Positions 37,904 to 52,309 of a stretch of 64,000 nt of DNA are shown in pieces. Source of the stretch: Eledone cirrhosa (taxonomy: Eukaryota). The notes under the pieces were generated by a model. The model was not told where the DNA came from and made no database searches. It saw only the letters and a list, made by a program, of their open reading frames with translations. The position numbers and the translations under genes are program-made. Position 1 is the stretch's first letter. Every line of letters starts with the position of its first letter. The stretch lies in NCBI GenBank assembly GCA_964016885.1, contig OZ024759.1, positions 13,268,001-13,332,000 on the forward strand, given 5' to 3'.

Positions 37904-38460
37904 TATTAAATTGTAATTGAACATATAGTTTTTTTTATAAAATTATCTGGCCGTCTGACTGTCTGCCTGCCTGCTTGTCTGTCTGTCTATGTGTCTTTGT
38001 CATCATCATCATCATCGTCATCACCGTTTAACGTCAATTTTTCCATGTTTGCACGAGTTAGATGGGTTGTCCACCCTGGGAGGCAAGTCTGGCAAGGATT
38101 GGCCATGTGTCGCACCTTGCTCCGGCAAGGACTGTAAATTGGGCTGGCTGGGTATTTTACAGCGGGATGCCCTTCCTAGCACCAAGCATGCTTACAGTGT
38201 GGAAAGTCAGTCTTTCTAAATTGCCAGGTCACCCATTTATCGTTCCACGCACCTCCCCCCTCCCTTCTTCTGCCAAGCGCTTGGTTTTTAAGTTGGTGTT
38301 TGGGGATTTAGGTTTTATTGAAAAAAAAAAACAAATAAAGTGGATGTATTTTATGTTGGCAAATATAGTAATACAATCCATAAATGTATGTATGTTTATA
38401 TGTATGTTTGTGTGTATGTTTGTGTGTATGTGTATGCGTGTGTATGTATATTTATATATC

Positions 38461-38491
<31 letters not shown>

Positions 38492-38538
38492 GATTGGCAA
38501 TGAGTATAGCGAGGAATTTATGTATATATATATATATA

Positions 38539-39645
38539 GTTAGGATTGGCAATGAGTATAGCGAGGAATTTAGCGTACAGGTTGGGGTCCACCAGGGCTC
38601 TGTTCTTAGCCCTCTCCTGTTCATCATAGTCCTGCAGGCAATAACGGAGGAGTTTAAGACCGGATGCCCATGGGAACTCCTGTATGCTGATGACCTCGCA
38701 CTCATAGCTGAATCTATGGTAGAACTAGAGAATAAATTCCAAACCTGGAAGCAGGGACTAGAGAGAAAGGGCCTCAAAGTCAACATGACAAAGACTAAGG
38801 TCCTTATAAGTAGACGAGAAAACAGAACCCAGATCCCCTCAGGGAAATGGCCTTGCTCAGTATGTAGGAAAGGTGTAGGTAGGAACTCCATTCTCTGCCC
38901 CAAATGCAAACAATGGGTACACAAGAGATGTAGCGGGATCTCAGGAAGCTTAATTAAGAATGTAGGATTCACATGCAGCAGCTGTGCTGAAACAGCAAGC
39001 AAACAGCCACAGGAAACAAGTACCACCAATCTCTGGGAGGGCCCTGTAGAAACAGTAGACAGCTTCTGCTACCTAGGTGACCGAATTAGCAACGGAGGTG
39101 GGTGCTCAGAAAGTACAATAACTAGGGTAAGAACGGGATGGAAGAAGTTTAGGGAACTACTACCACTGCTAGCTGCAAAAGGCTTCTCCCTCAGAATGAA
39201 AGGCAGACTGTATGATGCGTGTATCCGAACAGCGATGTTGCATGGTAGTGAGACCTGGGCGCTGAAGGTGGAAGACTTACGTAGATTAGAGAGAAACGAA
39301 GCCTGCATGCTCCGATGGATGTGTAACAGTAATATACGTGAACGACAAAGCATAAAGGAATTGAGAGAGAGACTGAGCATAAGAGGAATCAAATGCTGCG
39401 TGCAGGAGAGGCGGTTACGCTGGTATGGACATGTGATGCGTATGAAGGATGACAGCTGCATAAAAAGGTGCAGAGCACTAGAAGTTGATGGAAACCGCGG
39501 AGTGGGGAGACCCAAGATGACTTGGGATGAGGTGATAAAAGCCGACCTTACCCAACTACACCTCTCAAAGTCAATGACACACGACCGTGACTTCTGGCGT
39601 CACGCAGTAATACAGGGTACCCGACCTCCCATGGGTACATGCTGA
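38539..39645 (+). mobile_element. 5'-truncated RTE-type non-LTR retrotransposon (RT motifs QGSVLSP, YADD, FCYLG; PHD finger insertion; RTE C-terminus)
   Basis: Uninterrupted ORF: GVHQGSVLSPLLF...LLYADDL...KTK...C4HC3...FCYLGD...RLRWYGHVMRM...GRPKMTW. Confidence 0.92.
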
Positions 39646-39969
39646 AGCATATAAACAATATGCCCCCCCCCCCTCCCACCGCAAGGTGGTCGTGGAGGTG
39701 CCACGGCAAAAAAGCACCCAGCCCACACTGTAAAGTGGACGTGTAGGCGCCACGAAAAAGCACCCAGCACTCACTGTAAATGAGGTTGGTGTTAGGAAGG
39801 GCATCCAGCTGTAGAAATCAAGCCAGATCAGTTCCTGTATGAGCAAGGCATGGTCAGCCGACCAGACACTGCCCACAACAGGACAACCCGTCTAACCCAT
39901 GCTAGCGTGGAAGAACGGACGTAAAACGGTGATGATGATATAATGTGTGAGATCCTTGGTACAGTTAGG

Positions 39970-41286
39970 TATATTTGAAAAAAAGGAAAAGAATGACTTC
40001 ACTTGTAGTGTTAAAAAACGTTTGATTTAATTTTATAATATTACTAGCAGTAAAGCCCGGCGTTGCTCGGGGTCGCTCAGTAGCTGTGTTAAAGTTACAA
40101 TGTTAAGTTTCTTTCTTGGCTTAAAAACTGTAGTGTCTACTGTGCAGACTTGCATGTGGTGATTTTGATTAATATTCCCTCAACCAACAATATGCCTTAT
40201 GAAGTTAAGAAAACATAACGATAACCCGAATGTTATAACAAAAGAGGATGCTGGGGATAGAAACTGCACTGGTTATTTATTAACAAAGATCGAAAATGTA
40301 AACACTGCAACGCAGAGAAAAACATTAGCGTAACCAAATTATCAGTTATGTCTGTCTGCACGCCTATATCACCTCTCTGCTCTGCACGACTGTCTGTCTG
40401 CACGCCTATATCACCTCTCTGCACGACTGTCTGTCTGCACGCCTATATCACCTCTCTGCACGACTGTCTGTCTGCACGCCTATATCACCTCTCTGCACGA
40501 CTGTCTGTCTGCACGCGTATATCACCTCTCTGCACGACTGTCTGTCTGCACGACTGTCTGTCTGCACGCCTAACGACGAAATATTTGCTTGTTTTACGTA
40601 GTCTTTAAATAGACTTGTTTTCAAGTAAAAATATTGTTTTAAAATGCTTTTAAATGGAAATGAAGCAAAACGGAAGCTTAGTGTTCGAACTGATGAATTT
40701 TGCAGGTCAATATTTTGCTGGCTCGACAACTGTTAAAGCCAGCGTAATTTTTTACGTAAGACGCTCAATGTAAACAGAACAAAGGGAAATAACTGATAAC
40801 TTACGCTCAAAAATCGATACATTATATTCGATTTCGTCACATAGGGTGGGTCAATTTGAAATTTTTTTTTTTCCGATGTCTTCGCTAGGGCTCAATGTAG
40901 AAGTATAGCAATTTCGGTGCAATTCCGTGAGAGATTCTAAGAGGAGATGTGTGCCAAAAATCGATAGACAGACAGACAACCACAGTTTTATATATATAGA
41001 TAATATTACGAGTTGGTAGATCCAGTAAGTTCTTTGTTAACTTCTGTGGGAAGAATTTTAGAGATTCCTGGTTAACTGAGATCTCAGTTTGACAATCACT
41101 ACAGACAGACGAATGCGAGAAAGTTCTCCAACCGAAGTTAACCAGGAATCTCTAAAATTCTTCCCACCGAAGTTAACAAAGAACTTACTGGATCTACCAA
41201 CTCATAATATTATAATATAATAAAATTAAATCATACATTTTTTAACACTACAAGTGAAGTCATTCTTTTCCTTTTTTTCAAATATA
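39970..41286. mobile_element. Foldback element (~150-bp arms, 58-nt spacer) whose left arm is split by a Helitron
   Basis: Left arm 39970-40043 plus 41001-41077 is the reverse complement of right arm 41136-41286. Confidence 0.8.
40044..41000 (-). mobile_element. Non-autonomous Helitron (H1-like) with an internal ~35-bp tandem repeat (40349-40570)
   Basis: Minus strand A|TCTATATATATAAAACTGTGGTTGTCTGTCTG ... CCCGAGCAACGCCGGGCTTTACTGCTAG|T, with no TSD. Confidence 0.85.
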
Positions 41287-41766
41287 TATATATATATATA
41301 TATAAAACGCTTGGTGTCGTGGTCAAACTTTTAACCTTCCTCTCTCTCTTTGTGTGTGAATATATATATATATATATATATAATATATCATCATCATCAT
41401 CGTTTAACGTCTATCTTCCATGCTAGCATGGGTTTAGACGGGAATTGTCCCACTTGAGGCAAGATTGGTCGTCTCACTCGTATAGGACTGTTTGGCAGGT
41501 TTTCTACGGCTGGATGCCCTTCCTAACACCAACCACGTTTACAGTGTGGACTGGGAGGTTTTTACCATGTTACCTACACGGCCACATTACAGCGTAGACT
41601 GTGTATTTTTTTGTCATGACACCTGCACGACCTCATTTATTTAGGACTGGATGTTGTGGTACCAACATAACTTTACAGAGAAAGAGTTGGTGTTGGCGGG
41701 GGAGTTGGGGTAGTGGGATGGGGGTGTATTTTTGGTTAAGAGGTGCCTACTGACTAGGTTTCGCTT

Positions 41767-41807
<41 letters not shown>

Positions 41808-42269
41808 AACACATACACACTCATAAATATTTTCTCAGCAGCAAGCTAAGAGATTCTTGTGCCAAACATAAAACAGCAGCCAAAATTCAAAGAATATAAA
41901 ATATCTTTCGTAGAAAACATTAAAATTTCTGACGTATAGAATATCATTAAAATATTTTCTGTAAATAAAGAAGTGTGAGTGTAGTTTGACTGAGGACAAG
42001 AAGGTTATTTAGTGGTTCATTACTAAAATAACTGAAATTGTAAACTGGTTGGTTACTGTCGCATATGCTGGCATACAATACAATCTGGTACATAGGTTGA
42101 AACCTAAAATTTTGAGGTGTAATTCAGATTTAGGCCTATATTTGCTGGATAAGACCCCTGCTCCCCCCCCCCCCCCCAAAAAAAAATAAGTTTCAGGGGA
42201 AATAATTCAAAAAATTTAGTGGTGCGCTAAAGGCTAAGACATTTCTTAGTTCTGACTGAGTAAATCAGC

Positions 42270-42595
42270 CTAGCCTAACCTTAACGAACCTATAGTAACC
42301 TACCCTATGGTAACCTACTCTATGGTAACCTACTCTATGGTATCCTACCCTATGGTAACCTACTCTGTTAACCTACTCTGTTAACCTACTCTGTTAACCT
42401 ACTCTGTTAACCTACTCTATGTTAACCTACTCTATGTTAACCTACTCTGTTAACCTACCCTATGTTAATCTACCCTATGTTAACCTACCTTATGTTAACC
42501 TACCCTATGTAACCTGCCCTATGGTAACCTGCCCTATGGTAACCTGCCCTATAGTAACCTGCCCTATGATAACCTGCCCTATGGTAACCTACCCA
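42270..42595. repeat. 13-15-bp tandem repeat (TAACCTACYCTATGK)
   Basis: Direct reading. Confidence 0.85.
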
Positions 42596-43451
42596 AGTCA
42601 TTGATATTATAATCTCTACGTTAAATAAACTTAACAAATATGATATTCAGTAGGAAATAATTGTGGTGGGCTGCTAGAGTTATGGTAAATGGTGTATAAG
42701 TGTTAGGCAGGTAGTTTCACTACTTACCCCTCAGTGGTAAAGGTTCACATTTTATATTTGGCAAATCAACCCCTGGTTTTGGAGAGAGATTTTTAGGCTC
42801 CCAATGTCGACTTCTAAGCTGGCATATACAGTAAATAAAAAGTGTGTAGTTTGACATGCGAGGGTCAGCTGAAAAGTTCAAAGGCTGACCAAAATACTCT
42901 CATGGAATGACCAAATGAGGTTTATTTTTCAACATAGTCCTCGGAAAGAAACAATGTATAATGCATGCAAGATTCCACAGCTCTAGCATCACTCCTTCAT
43001 ATGAATTTTGCAACCAACCCATGGACAAGATGGCTGTGTGGTTGGTTACTAAAATGACTGAAATTGTAAGATGACCAGTTACTACTAAAATGACTGAAAT
43101 TGTAAGATGACCAGTTACTACTAAAATGACTGAAATTATAAGATGACCAGTTACTAAAATGACTGAAATAGTTGTAGCTATTTGGGATGGTGCACAAAAG
43201 GATTCCAGGATATACATTATTATATATTGAGTGTTAGATATATTTATATGTAGGATCTATTTTGTTTTTTCTTTTTGTAGAGATAAAGGCCTTCACCATG
43301 TGAAGGCGTGTGGCTGAGTGGTTAGAGAGCTAGATTCACAATCATGAGGTTGCAAGTTCAATTCTCGGATTGGTTGATGTGTTGTTTCTTTGAGCAAGAC
43401 ACTTTATTTCACTTTGCTCCTTCTGCCAGGAACTGCGACCGGTAGATAGTA

Positions 43452-44272
43452 TCTAAACTATGATAAAATAAGGAGTGTGGGACTGCGTATGGTTTATTTC
43501 TTTTAATCCGGTTAGTAAAATAAGTTGGATTACTTTGAATAAATAATGAATGAATATTACATAATTTATCTACTAAATTTCGTAGCTGTTGATTAAATAT
43601 ATTTTGTTGTTTATTTAAAGATTCACTTCTTTAAAATTTTCAAATGTCACCACTTCTGGTTATTGATTGCTAAAATAAACATTCATTTATTTCCGTCACT
43701 AATTATCTCCTAATGCAGTTTATATATATAATATTGTCTTTTTTTAATGTATCATGGATTACTTTACTGATTACATAAGAGAGTGTAACGCAGTCTTCGT
43801 TCAATTTCTGTGTATATTGTCAATTACGATTTTATTTGATGTAACATATCTACATGTATATATATTTTTATTTTATTAAATAATGGTTACAAATGGGAGG
43901 GAAAATATAAACACATATGATATATACAAAGCATATAAATAAATTTACAGTAGAATAACATAACAAATATGTTTTAAATATATACATAAATAACATTACA
44001 AATGCTTAGGTAACATTATAAATTGCTCGCGATTCTGTCAGGATATATTCTTTTAATGTTACAATATTAAAGACAATGTAAAGGAAGGGGTGAACAACCG
44101 AGCCAACACCAGAGCAAAAGACAGCAGCGAGGAGTACTGGGAAACCTCTCTAATGATTTTTGAGGCAAGCCAGCACACTCGCAGTGTTACGTCGGGTGAT
44201 GGCGAGGTTAATATCAATATGCACACTACACATGCCAGCAGAAAACCACCTGAAGGGTGGTTTTTCTGCTAG
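43452..44272 (+). mobile_element. Non-autonomous Helitron family H2, nested in SINE C
   Basis: A|TCTAAACTATGATAA ... GCAGAAAACCACCTGAAGGGTGGTTTTTCTGCTAG|T. The SINE C halves rejoin when it is removed. Homologous to 54756-55994. Confidence 0.75.
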
Positions 44273-44593
44273 TATCAGTAATGGAAAGACCACTGCACAC
44301 ATCGTTTCCTTGGTCTGATTTGATAAGATCCCAGACCTCACTCAGCAAACGAATAAGGCCTGGGATCTTGTTGATCGATTAAAGTGAAGGAGTTAAAGGA
44401 AAGCTGGTATTTAAGTTACACTTTCTCTTACCAGTGGTAAGAGACTATCAGAGGGTCTTTAGAAGAGAACCCCACCTTCCTCATGCTAGTGTTTCAGTCC
44501 TTAACCCCTTACACATACTATATATATCATCATCATCATCATCATCATCATCGTTTAATGTCCATATTCCACTCTTGCATGGGTTTGGACGGG

Positions 44594-44645
44594 TATATAT
44601 ATATATATAACTACACATATTCTATATATATATATAACTACACAT

Positions 44646-44680
<35 letters not shown>

Positions 44681-45974
44681 CTACACATATTCTATATATA
44701 TATATAACTACACATATTCTATATATATAACTACACATATTCTATATATATATATATAACTACACATATTCTATACATATATATAACTACACATATTCTA
44801 TATATATATATATAACTACACATATTCTATATATATAACTACACATATTCTATATATATATATAACTACACATATTCTATATATATATATAACTACACAT
44901 ATTCTATATATATATATATAACTACACATATTCTATATATATAACTACACATATTCTATATATATATATAACTACACATATTCTATATATATATATATAT
45001 ATATATATAACTACACATATTCTATATATATATATATAACTACACATATTCTATATATATAACTACACATATTCTATATATATATATAACTACACATATT
45101 CTATATATATATAACTACACATATTCTATATATATATATAACTACACATATTCTATACATATAACTACACATATTCTATACATATATATAACTACACATA
45201 TTCTATATATATATATATATAACTACACATATTCTATATATATAACTACACATATTCTATATATATATATAACTACACATATTCTATATATATATATAAC
45301 TACACATATTCTATATATATATATAACTACACATATTCTATATATATAACTACACATATTCTATATATGTATATAACTACACATATTCTATATATATAAC
45401 TACACATATTCTATATATATATATAACTACACATATTCTATATATATAACTACACATATTCTATATATATAACTACACATATTCTATATATATATAACTA
45501 CACATATTCTATATATATATATATAACTACACATATTCTATACATATATATAACTACACATATTCTATATATATATATAACTACACATATTCTATATATA
45601 TAACTACACATATTCTATATATATAACTACACATATTCTATATATATATAACTACACATATTCTATATATATAACTACACATATTCTATATATATATAAC
45701 TACACATATTCTCTATATATATATATATAACTACACATATTCTATATATATAACTACACATATTCTATATATATATATATAACTACACATATTCTATATA
45801 TATATATATATATAACTACACATATTCTATATATATATATATATATAACTACACATGTTCTATATATATATATATAACTACACATATTCTATATATATAA
45901 CTACACATATTCTCTATATATATATATATATATAACTACACATATTCTATATATATATATATATAACTACACAT

Positions 45975-46015
<41 letters not shown>

Positions 46016-46023
46016 CTACACAT

Positions 46024-46060
<37 letters not shown>

Positions 46061-46068
46061 CTACACAT

Positions 46069-46103
<35 letters not shown>

Positions 46104-46141
46104 CTACACATATTCTATATATATATATATAACTACACATA

Positions 46142-46175
<34 letters not shown>

Positions 46176-46183
46176 CTACACAT

Positions 46184-46226
<43 letters not shown>

Positions 46227-46337
46227 CTACACATATTCTATATATATATATATAACTACACATATTCTATATATATATATATATATATAACTACACATAT
46301 TCTATATATATATATATATATATATATAACTACACAT

Positions 46338-46372
<35 letters not shown>

Positions 46373-46380
46373 CTACACAT

Positions 46381-46421
<41 letters not shown>

Positions 46422-46429
46422 CTACACAT

Positions 46430-46474
<45 letters not shown>

Positions 46475-47151
46475 CTACACATATTCTATATATGTATATA
46501 ACTACACATATTCTATATATATAACTACACATATTCTATATATATATATAACTACACATATTCTATATATATAACTACACATATTCTATATATATAACTA
46601 CACATATTCTATATATATATAACTACACATATTCTATATATATATATATAACTACACATATTCTATACATATATATAACTACACATATTCTATATATATA
46701 TATAACTACACATATTCTATATATATAACTACACATATTCTATATATATAACTACACATATTCTATATATATATAACTACACATATTCTATATATATAAC
46801 TACACATATTCTATATATATATAACTACACATATTCTATATATATATAACTACACATATTCTCTATATATATATATATAACTACACATATTCTATATATA
46901 TAACTACACATATTCTATATATATATATATAACTACACATATTCTATATATATATATATATATAACTACACATATTCTATATATATATATATATATAACT
47001 ACACATGTTCTATATATATATATATAACTACACATATTCTATATATATAACTACACATATTCTATATATATATATAACTACACATATTCTCTATATATAT
47101 ATATATATATAACTACACATATTCTATATATATATATATATAACTACACAT

Positions 47152-47192
<41 letters not shown>

Positions 47193-47200
47193 CTACACAT

Positions 47201-47241
<41 letters not shown>

Positions 47242-47249
47242 CTACACAT

Positions 47250-47288
<39 letters not shown>

Positions 47289-47326
47289 CTACACATATTC
47301 TATATATATATATATAACTACACATA

Positions 47327-47360
<34 letters not shown>

Positions 47361-47368
47361 CTACACAT

Positions 47369-47411
<43 letters not shown>

Positions 47412-47522
47412 CTACACATATTCTATATATATATATATAACTACACATATTCTATATATATATATATATATATAACTACACATATTCTATATATATATAT
47501 ATATATATATATAACTACACAT

Positions 47523-47557
<35 letters not shown>

Positions 47558-47565
47558 CTACACAT

Positions 47566-47606
<41 letters not shown>

Positions 47607-47614
47607 CTACACAT

Positions 47615-47657
<43 letters not shown>

Positions 47658-47690
47658 CTACACATATTCTATATATATAGCTACATATAA
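44594..47690. repeat. Compound satellite ACTACACATATTC-(TA)n, >100 units
   Basis: Constant 13-mer separated by variable-length TA runs. Confidence 0.95.
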
Positions 47691-48439
47691 CTACATGATG
47701 ACAGTGGGAGTTTGGCTCTTCTGTGTTTGGACCCGGTGTGCATGAGAGATGGAGAGGGTGAGAGAGACAGGCAATGACAGTGGGAGTTTGGTTCCTCTGT
47801 GTTTAGACCTGGTGTATATGAGAGATGGAAAGGGTGAGAGGGACAGGCAATGACAGTGGGAGTTTGGTTCCTCTGTGTTCGGATCTGGTGTACATGTGTG
47901 AGTAATTTTACACTATCGACCCTTTCTTTACTTCTCTATGAGGGGATGGAGATATTTGTCACTTATGAAATTGTTATATTTTAGTTCAATATATACAATG
48001 TAACCCTTTCATTACCATATTTTTAATGAGAAACACTGCCTATCATTTTCATATATATTTTTAACTAATCAAGTATTTACACAGTCTCTAGATATTTTAT
48101 AGGCTAATTTGTAAATCTAAAATTAATTATCTTTCTCTTGTAATTGACAGAACTAATTGCTCTATTTTCAATTTCTGATAGAATTTTGTTGCACTATTAT
48201 TTCTTTTATTCAATATTTTCTAAAAGACAATTTTAATTTTCGAGTAAAGTAATTTCCTCTTTGCAGTTTGTCTGTCATACAATCTTTTTTCTTTCTTTTT
48301 TTTTTAAATTTATTTATAAATTGTATTGTGGTTTAGTAATTAATTTCTTTTTATTTAAATAAATGTTTTCAATAGAGAAATGTAATTCTTTGTGCAAGCA
48401 AAATTTTTTAAAACACAAACACACAAAAATAAATGAATT

Positions 48440-49374
48440 TAACCTTTTTGATATCAAACTGTTTGAAACTGTCCCTGTTCTATGATACCAAACTGTTTGA
48501 AACTGTCCCTGTTCTATGATACCAAACTGTTTGAAACTGTCCCTGTTCTATGAGACCAAACTGTTTGAAACTGCCCCTGGTTCTATGATACCAAACTGTT
48601 TGAAACTGTCCCTGTTCTATGATACCAAACTGTTTGAAACTGTCCCTGTTCTATGATACCAAACTGTTTGAAACTGCCCCTGGTTCTATGATACCAAACT
48701 GTTTGAAACTGTCCCTGGTTCTATGATACCAAACTGTTTGAAACTGTCCCTGTTCTATGATACCAAACTGTTTGAAACTGTCCCTGGTTCTATGAGACCA
48801 AACTGTTTGAAACTGTCCCTGGTTCTATGAGACCAAACTGTTTGAAACTGTCCTTGTTCTATGATACCAAACTGTTTGAAACTGTCCCTGTTCTATGATA
48901 CCAAACTGTTTGAAACTGTCCCTGGTTCTATGAGACCAAACTGTTTGAAACTGTCCCTGGTTCTATGAGACCAAACTGTTTGAAACTGTCCTTGTTCTAT
49001 GATACCAAACTGTTTGAAACTGTCCCTGTTCTATGATACCAAACTGTTTGAAACTGTCCCTGTTCTATGATACCAAACTGTTTGAAACTGTCCCTGTTCT
49101 ATGAGACCAAACTGTTTGAAACTGCCCCTGGTTCTATGATACCAAACTGTTTGAAACTGTCCCTGGTTCTATGAGACCAAACTGTTTGAAACTGTCCTTG
49201 TTCTATGATACCAAACTGTTTGAAACTGTCCCTCTTCTATGATACCAAACTGTTTGAAACTGTCCCTGGTTCTATGAGACCAAACTGTTTGAAACTGTCC
49301 CTGTTCTATGAGACCAACCTTTTTGAAACTGTCTCTGTTCTATGAGACCAAACTGTTTGAAACTGTCCCTGAAA
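48440..49374. repeat. 34-35-bp minisatellite, ~27 copies, derived from a MITE M2 terminus
   Basis: Begins TTAACCTTTTTGATATC; unit AAACTGTTTGAAACTGTCCCTGTTCTATGATACC. Its reverse complement resembles M2 sequence at 11397-11420 and 12035-12069. Confidence 0.85.
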
Positions 49375-51247
49375 CGATGATGTGGGTTCAATTCCTGGAC
49401 TGGGTTTTGTGTTGTACTCTTGAGCAAAACACTTCATTTCATGTTACCCCAGTATGCTCAACTGAAAATGAGTTGCTAGCAATAGCTAGGGTCTAACCCT
49501 GAGTTGGACTGGTGTCCTGTCCAGAGGAAGTCTTGTACTCTCAGTTGTTTAATGCCATAGAAACTGGGATACGCACCAATCTATTTAACCTTTTGGCTTG
49601 AGACAAACTTTAACCCTGCGATGGACTGGTGTCCTGTCCAGGAGAAGTCTTGTACTTTCAGTCACTTAACACCAGCCTGATGGGTCTCTGGCCTTGAGAA
49701 AAGAGAGAATGTTAGTTAATTCTGTCTTGGAGGAAAAAATAAATAAAATAAAAAATAATTAAAAATGAAACCAACAAACACCACTACCACCACCAACAAC
49801 AACACCAACAACAACAAACAACAAGCACCACCACCACTAACAACAACAAACGCCGCCACCACCACCACCACCAACAACACCATCAACAACAACAACACCT
49901 ACAACATCACCACCACCAACACCAACAACATCACCACCACCAACAGCAAAACATCACCACCACCAACAGCAAAACATCACCACCACCAACAGCAAAACAT
50001 CACCACCACCAACAGCAAAACATCACCACCACCAACAGCAAAACATCACCACCACCAACAACAACAACAACACCAACAACATCACCACCACCAACACCAA
50101 CAACACTACCACCACCACCAATACCAACAACATCACCACCACCAACAGCAAAACATCACCACCACCAACAGCAAAACATCACCACCACCAACAGCAAAAC
50201 ATCACCACCACCAACAACAACAACAACACCAACAACATCACCACCACCAACAACACTACCACCACCACCAACACCAACAACATCACCACCACCAACAGCA
50301 AAACATCACCACCACCAACAGCAAAACATCACCACCACCAACAGCAAAACATCACCACCACCACCAACAACAACAACACCAACAACATCACCACCACCAA
50401 CACCAACAACACTACCACCACCACCAACACCAACAACACTACCACCACCACCAACACCAACAACATCACCACCACCAACAGCAAAACATCACCACCACCA
50501 ACAGCAAAACATCACCACCAACAACACCACCACCAACAACACCACCACCACCACCACCAACAACAACATCACCACCACCAACAACAACATCACCACCAAC
50601 ACCACCACCACCACCACCACCAACAACAACATCACCACCACCAACACCAACAACAACATCACCACCACCACCAACAACACCACCACCAACAACACCACCA
50701 CCACCACCACCAACAACAACATCACCACCACCAACACCAACAACATCACCACCACCAACACCAACATCACCACCACCAACAGCAAAACATCACCACCACC
50801 AACAGCAAAACATCACCACCACCAACACCACCAACACCACCACCAACACCACCACCACCACCACCACCACCACAACCACCACCACCACCACCAACAACAC
50901 CACCACCACCACCAACAACAACATGAACACCACAAATATTTCTAATGAAGTAATTTATTTTCCTCGTACTTCGTTAGGCTAATGAAAGGCAGTGTTGTTT
51001 ATTATAAACAGCAAAGGTTGTTGTCTTGTAAAGTGTGTCGTTGTGGGCCATTAAAATATGTCGACCTTCAATGTGACCTTGTGACCCCGTATGACGTAAA
51101 AAGGTCCTTTCATCTTATTGAAGCATTTTTGGGTTAAGAAAAAATAAATAAAACAGTTAAACAAACACAAACAAAACCTGTTTAGTTTCCATATTTCCTC
51201 CTCTTTGTCATCATTATCATGCCTGTTGTCACTGACATCATCCTTAT

Positions 51248-51300
<53 letters not shown>

Positions 51301-51389
51301 TACTATTGGTATATAGTATTAGCAATTGGAAAGACCAATGGAAACATTGTTTCCACGGTCCGATTTGACTGTCTCTCTATATATATATC

Positions 51390-51770
51390 ACCTTGATCAC
51401 CTTGACCGACCAGTCTGTCGGGCGCCATTCAGCACGTGCTGTTTTAGCCATACGATGACGCCATCCCACTGGCTGGGCGGGCAGGCCATAAGTCTAAAGT
51501 CTGTCTTAAGCCAGAAGGATTATTTGGCCGGTGCTTATCCTGGTTTCATGGCGTGAAGTGACTGAGAGTACAAGACTCCCCCCTGGACAGGACACCAGTC
51601 CATCGCAGGGTTAAACTTCCAGCTATTGTTGGTACTCATTTTCAGCTGAGTAAACTGGAGCAATGTGAAATAAAGTGTCTTGCTCAAGGAAACAACACAT
51701 CACCCGGTCCGAGAATTGAACTCACAACCTTTCGATTGCAAGCCTACTACTCTAATCACTAAGCCATGTG

Positions 51771-51774
<4 letters not shown>
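51390..51774 (-). mobile_element. tRNA/CORE SINE with a V-domain-like segment (AACCCTGCGATGGACTGGTGTCCTGTCCAGG)
   Basis: Family A head and core with a different body. A degenerate + copy lies at ~49380-49700. Confidence 0.7.
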
Positions 51775-51814
<40 letters not shown>

Positions 51815-51997
51815 CTCTCTCTCTCTGTCTATATATATATATATATGAGCAGGACAACCAGTCTTGCCTCAAGTGGGAAAACTCCCGTCCAAACCCATGC
51901 AAGCATGGAAGATGGACGTTAAACGATGATGATGATGATGATGATGTGTGTATGTGTGTATGTATGTATGTATGTATGTATATATATATATATATCA

Positions 51998-52309
51998 CCA
52001 TCATCATCATCATCAATTTACATCTGCTTTTCCCTGTTTGCAAGGGTGGGACGGGAACTGATTCTGGCTTGATTTCTACAGCTGGATGCCCTTCCTAACA
52101 CCAACCTCATTTACAGTGAGTGGTGGGTGCTTTTTTGCCGTGGCACCTCCACGACCACTTTGCAGTGGAATGATAGGGACCCCAGTCCCTATCATCTCAT
52201 TTCTACAGCTGAGTAAGTTGGAGCAATGTGAAATAAAGTGTCTTGCTCAAGGAAACAACACATCACCCGGTCTGAGACTTGAACTCTAACCACTAAGCCA
52301 TGTGCCTCC
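51998..52309 (-). mobile_element. SINE family A (head partly deleted)
   Basis: Reverse complement of family A. Confidence 0.85.
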
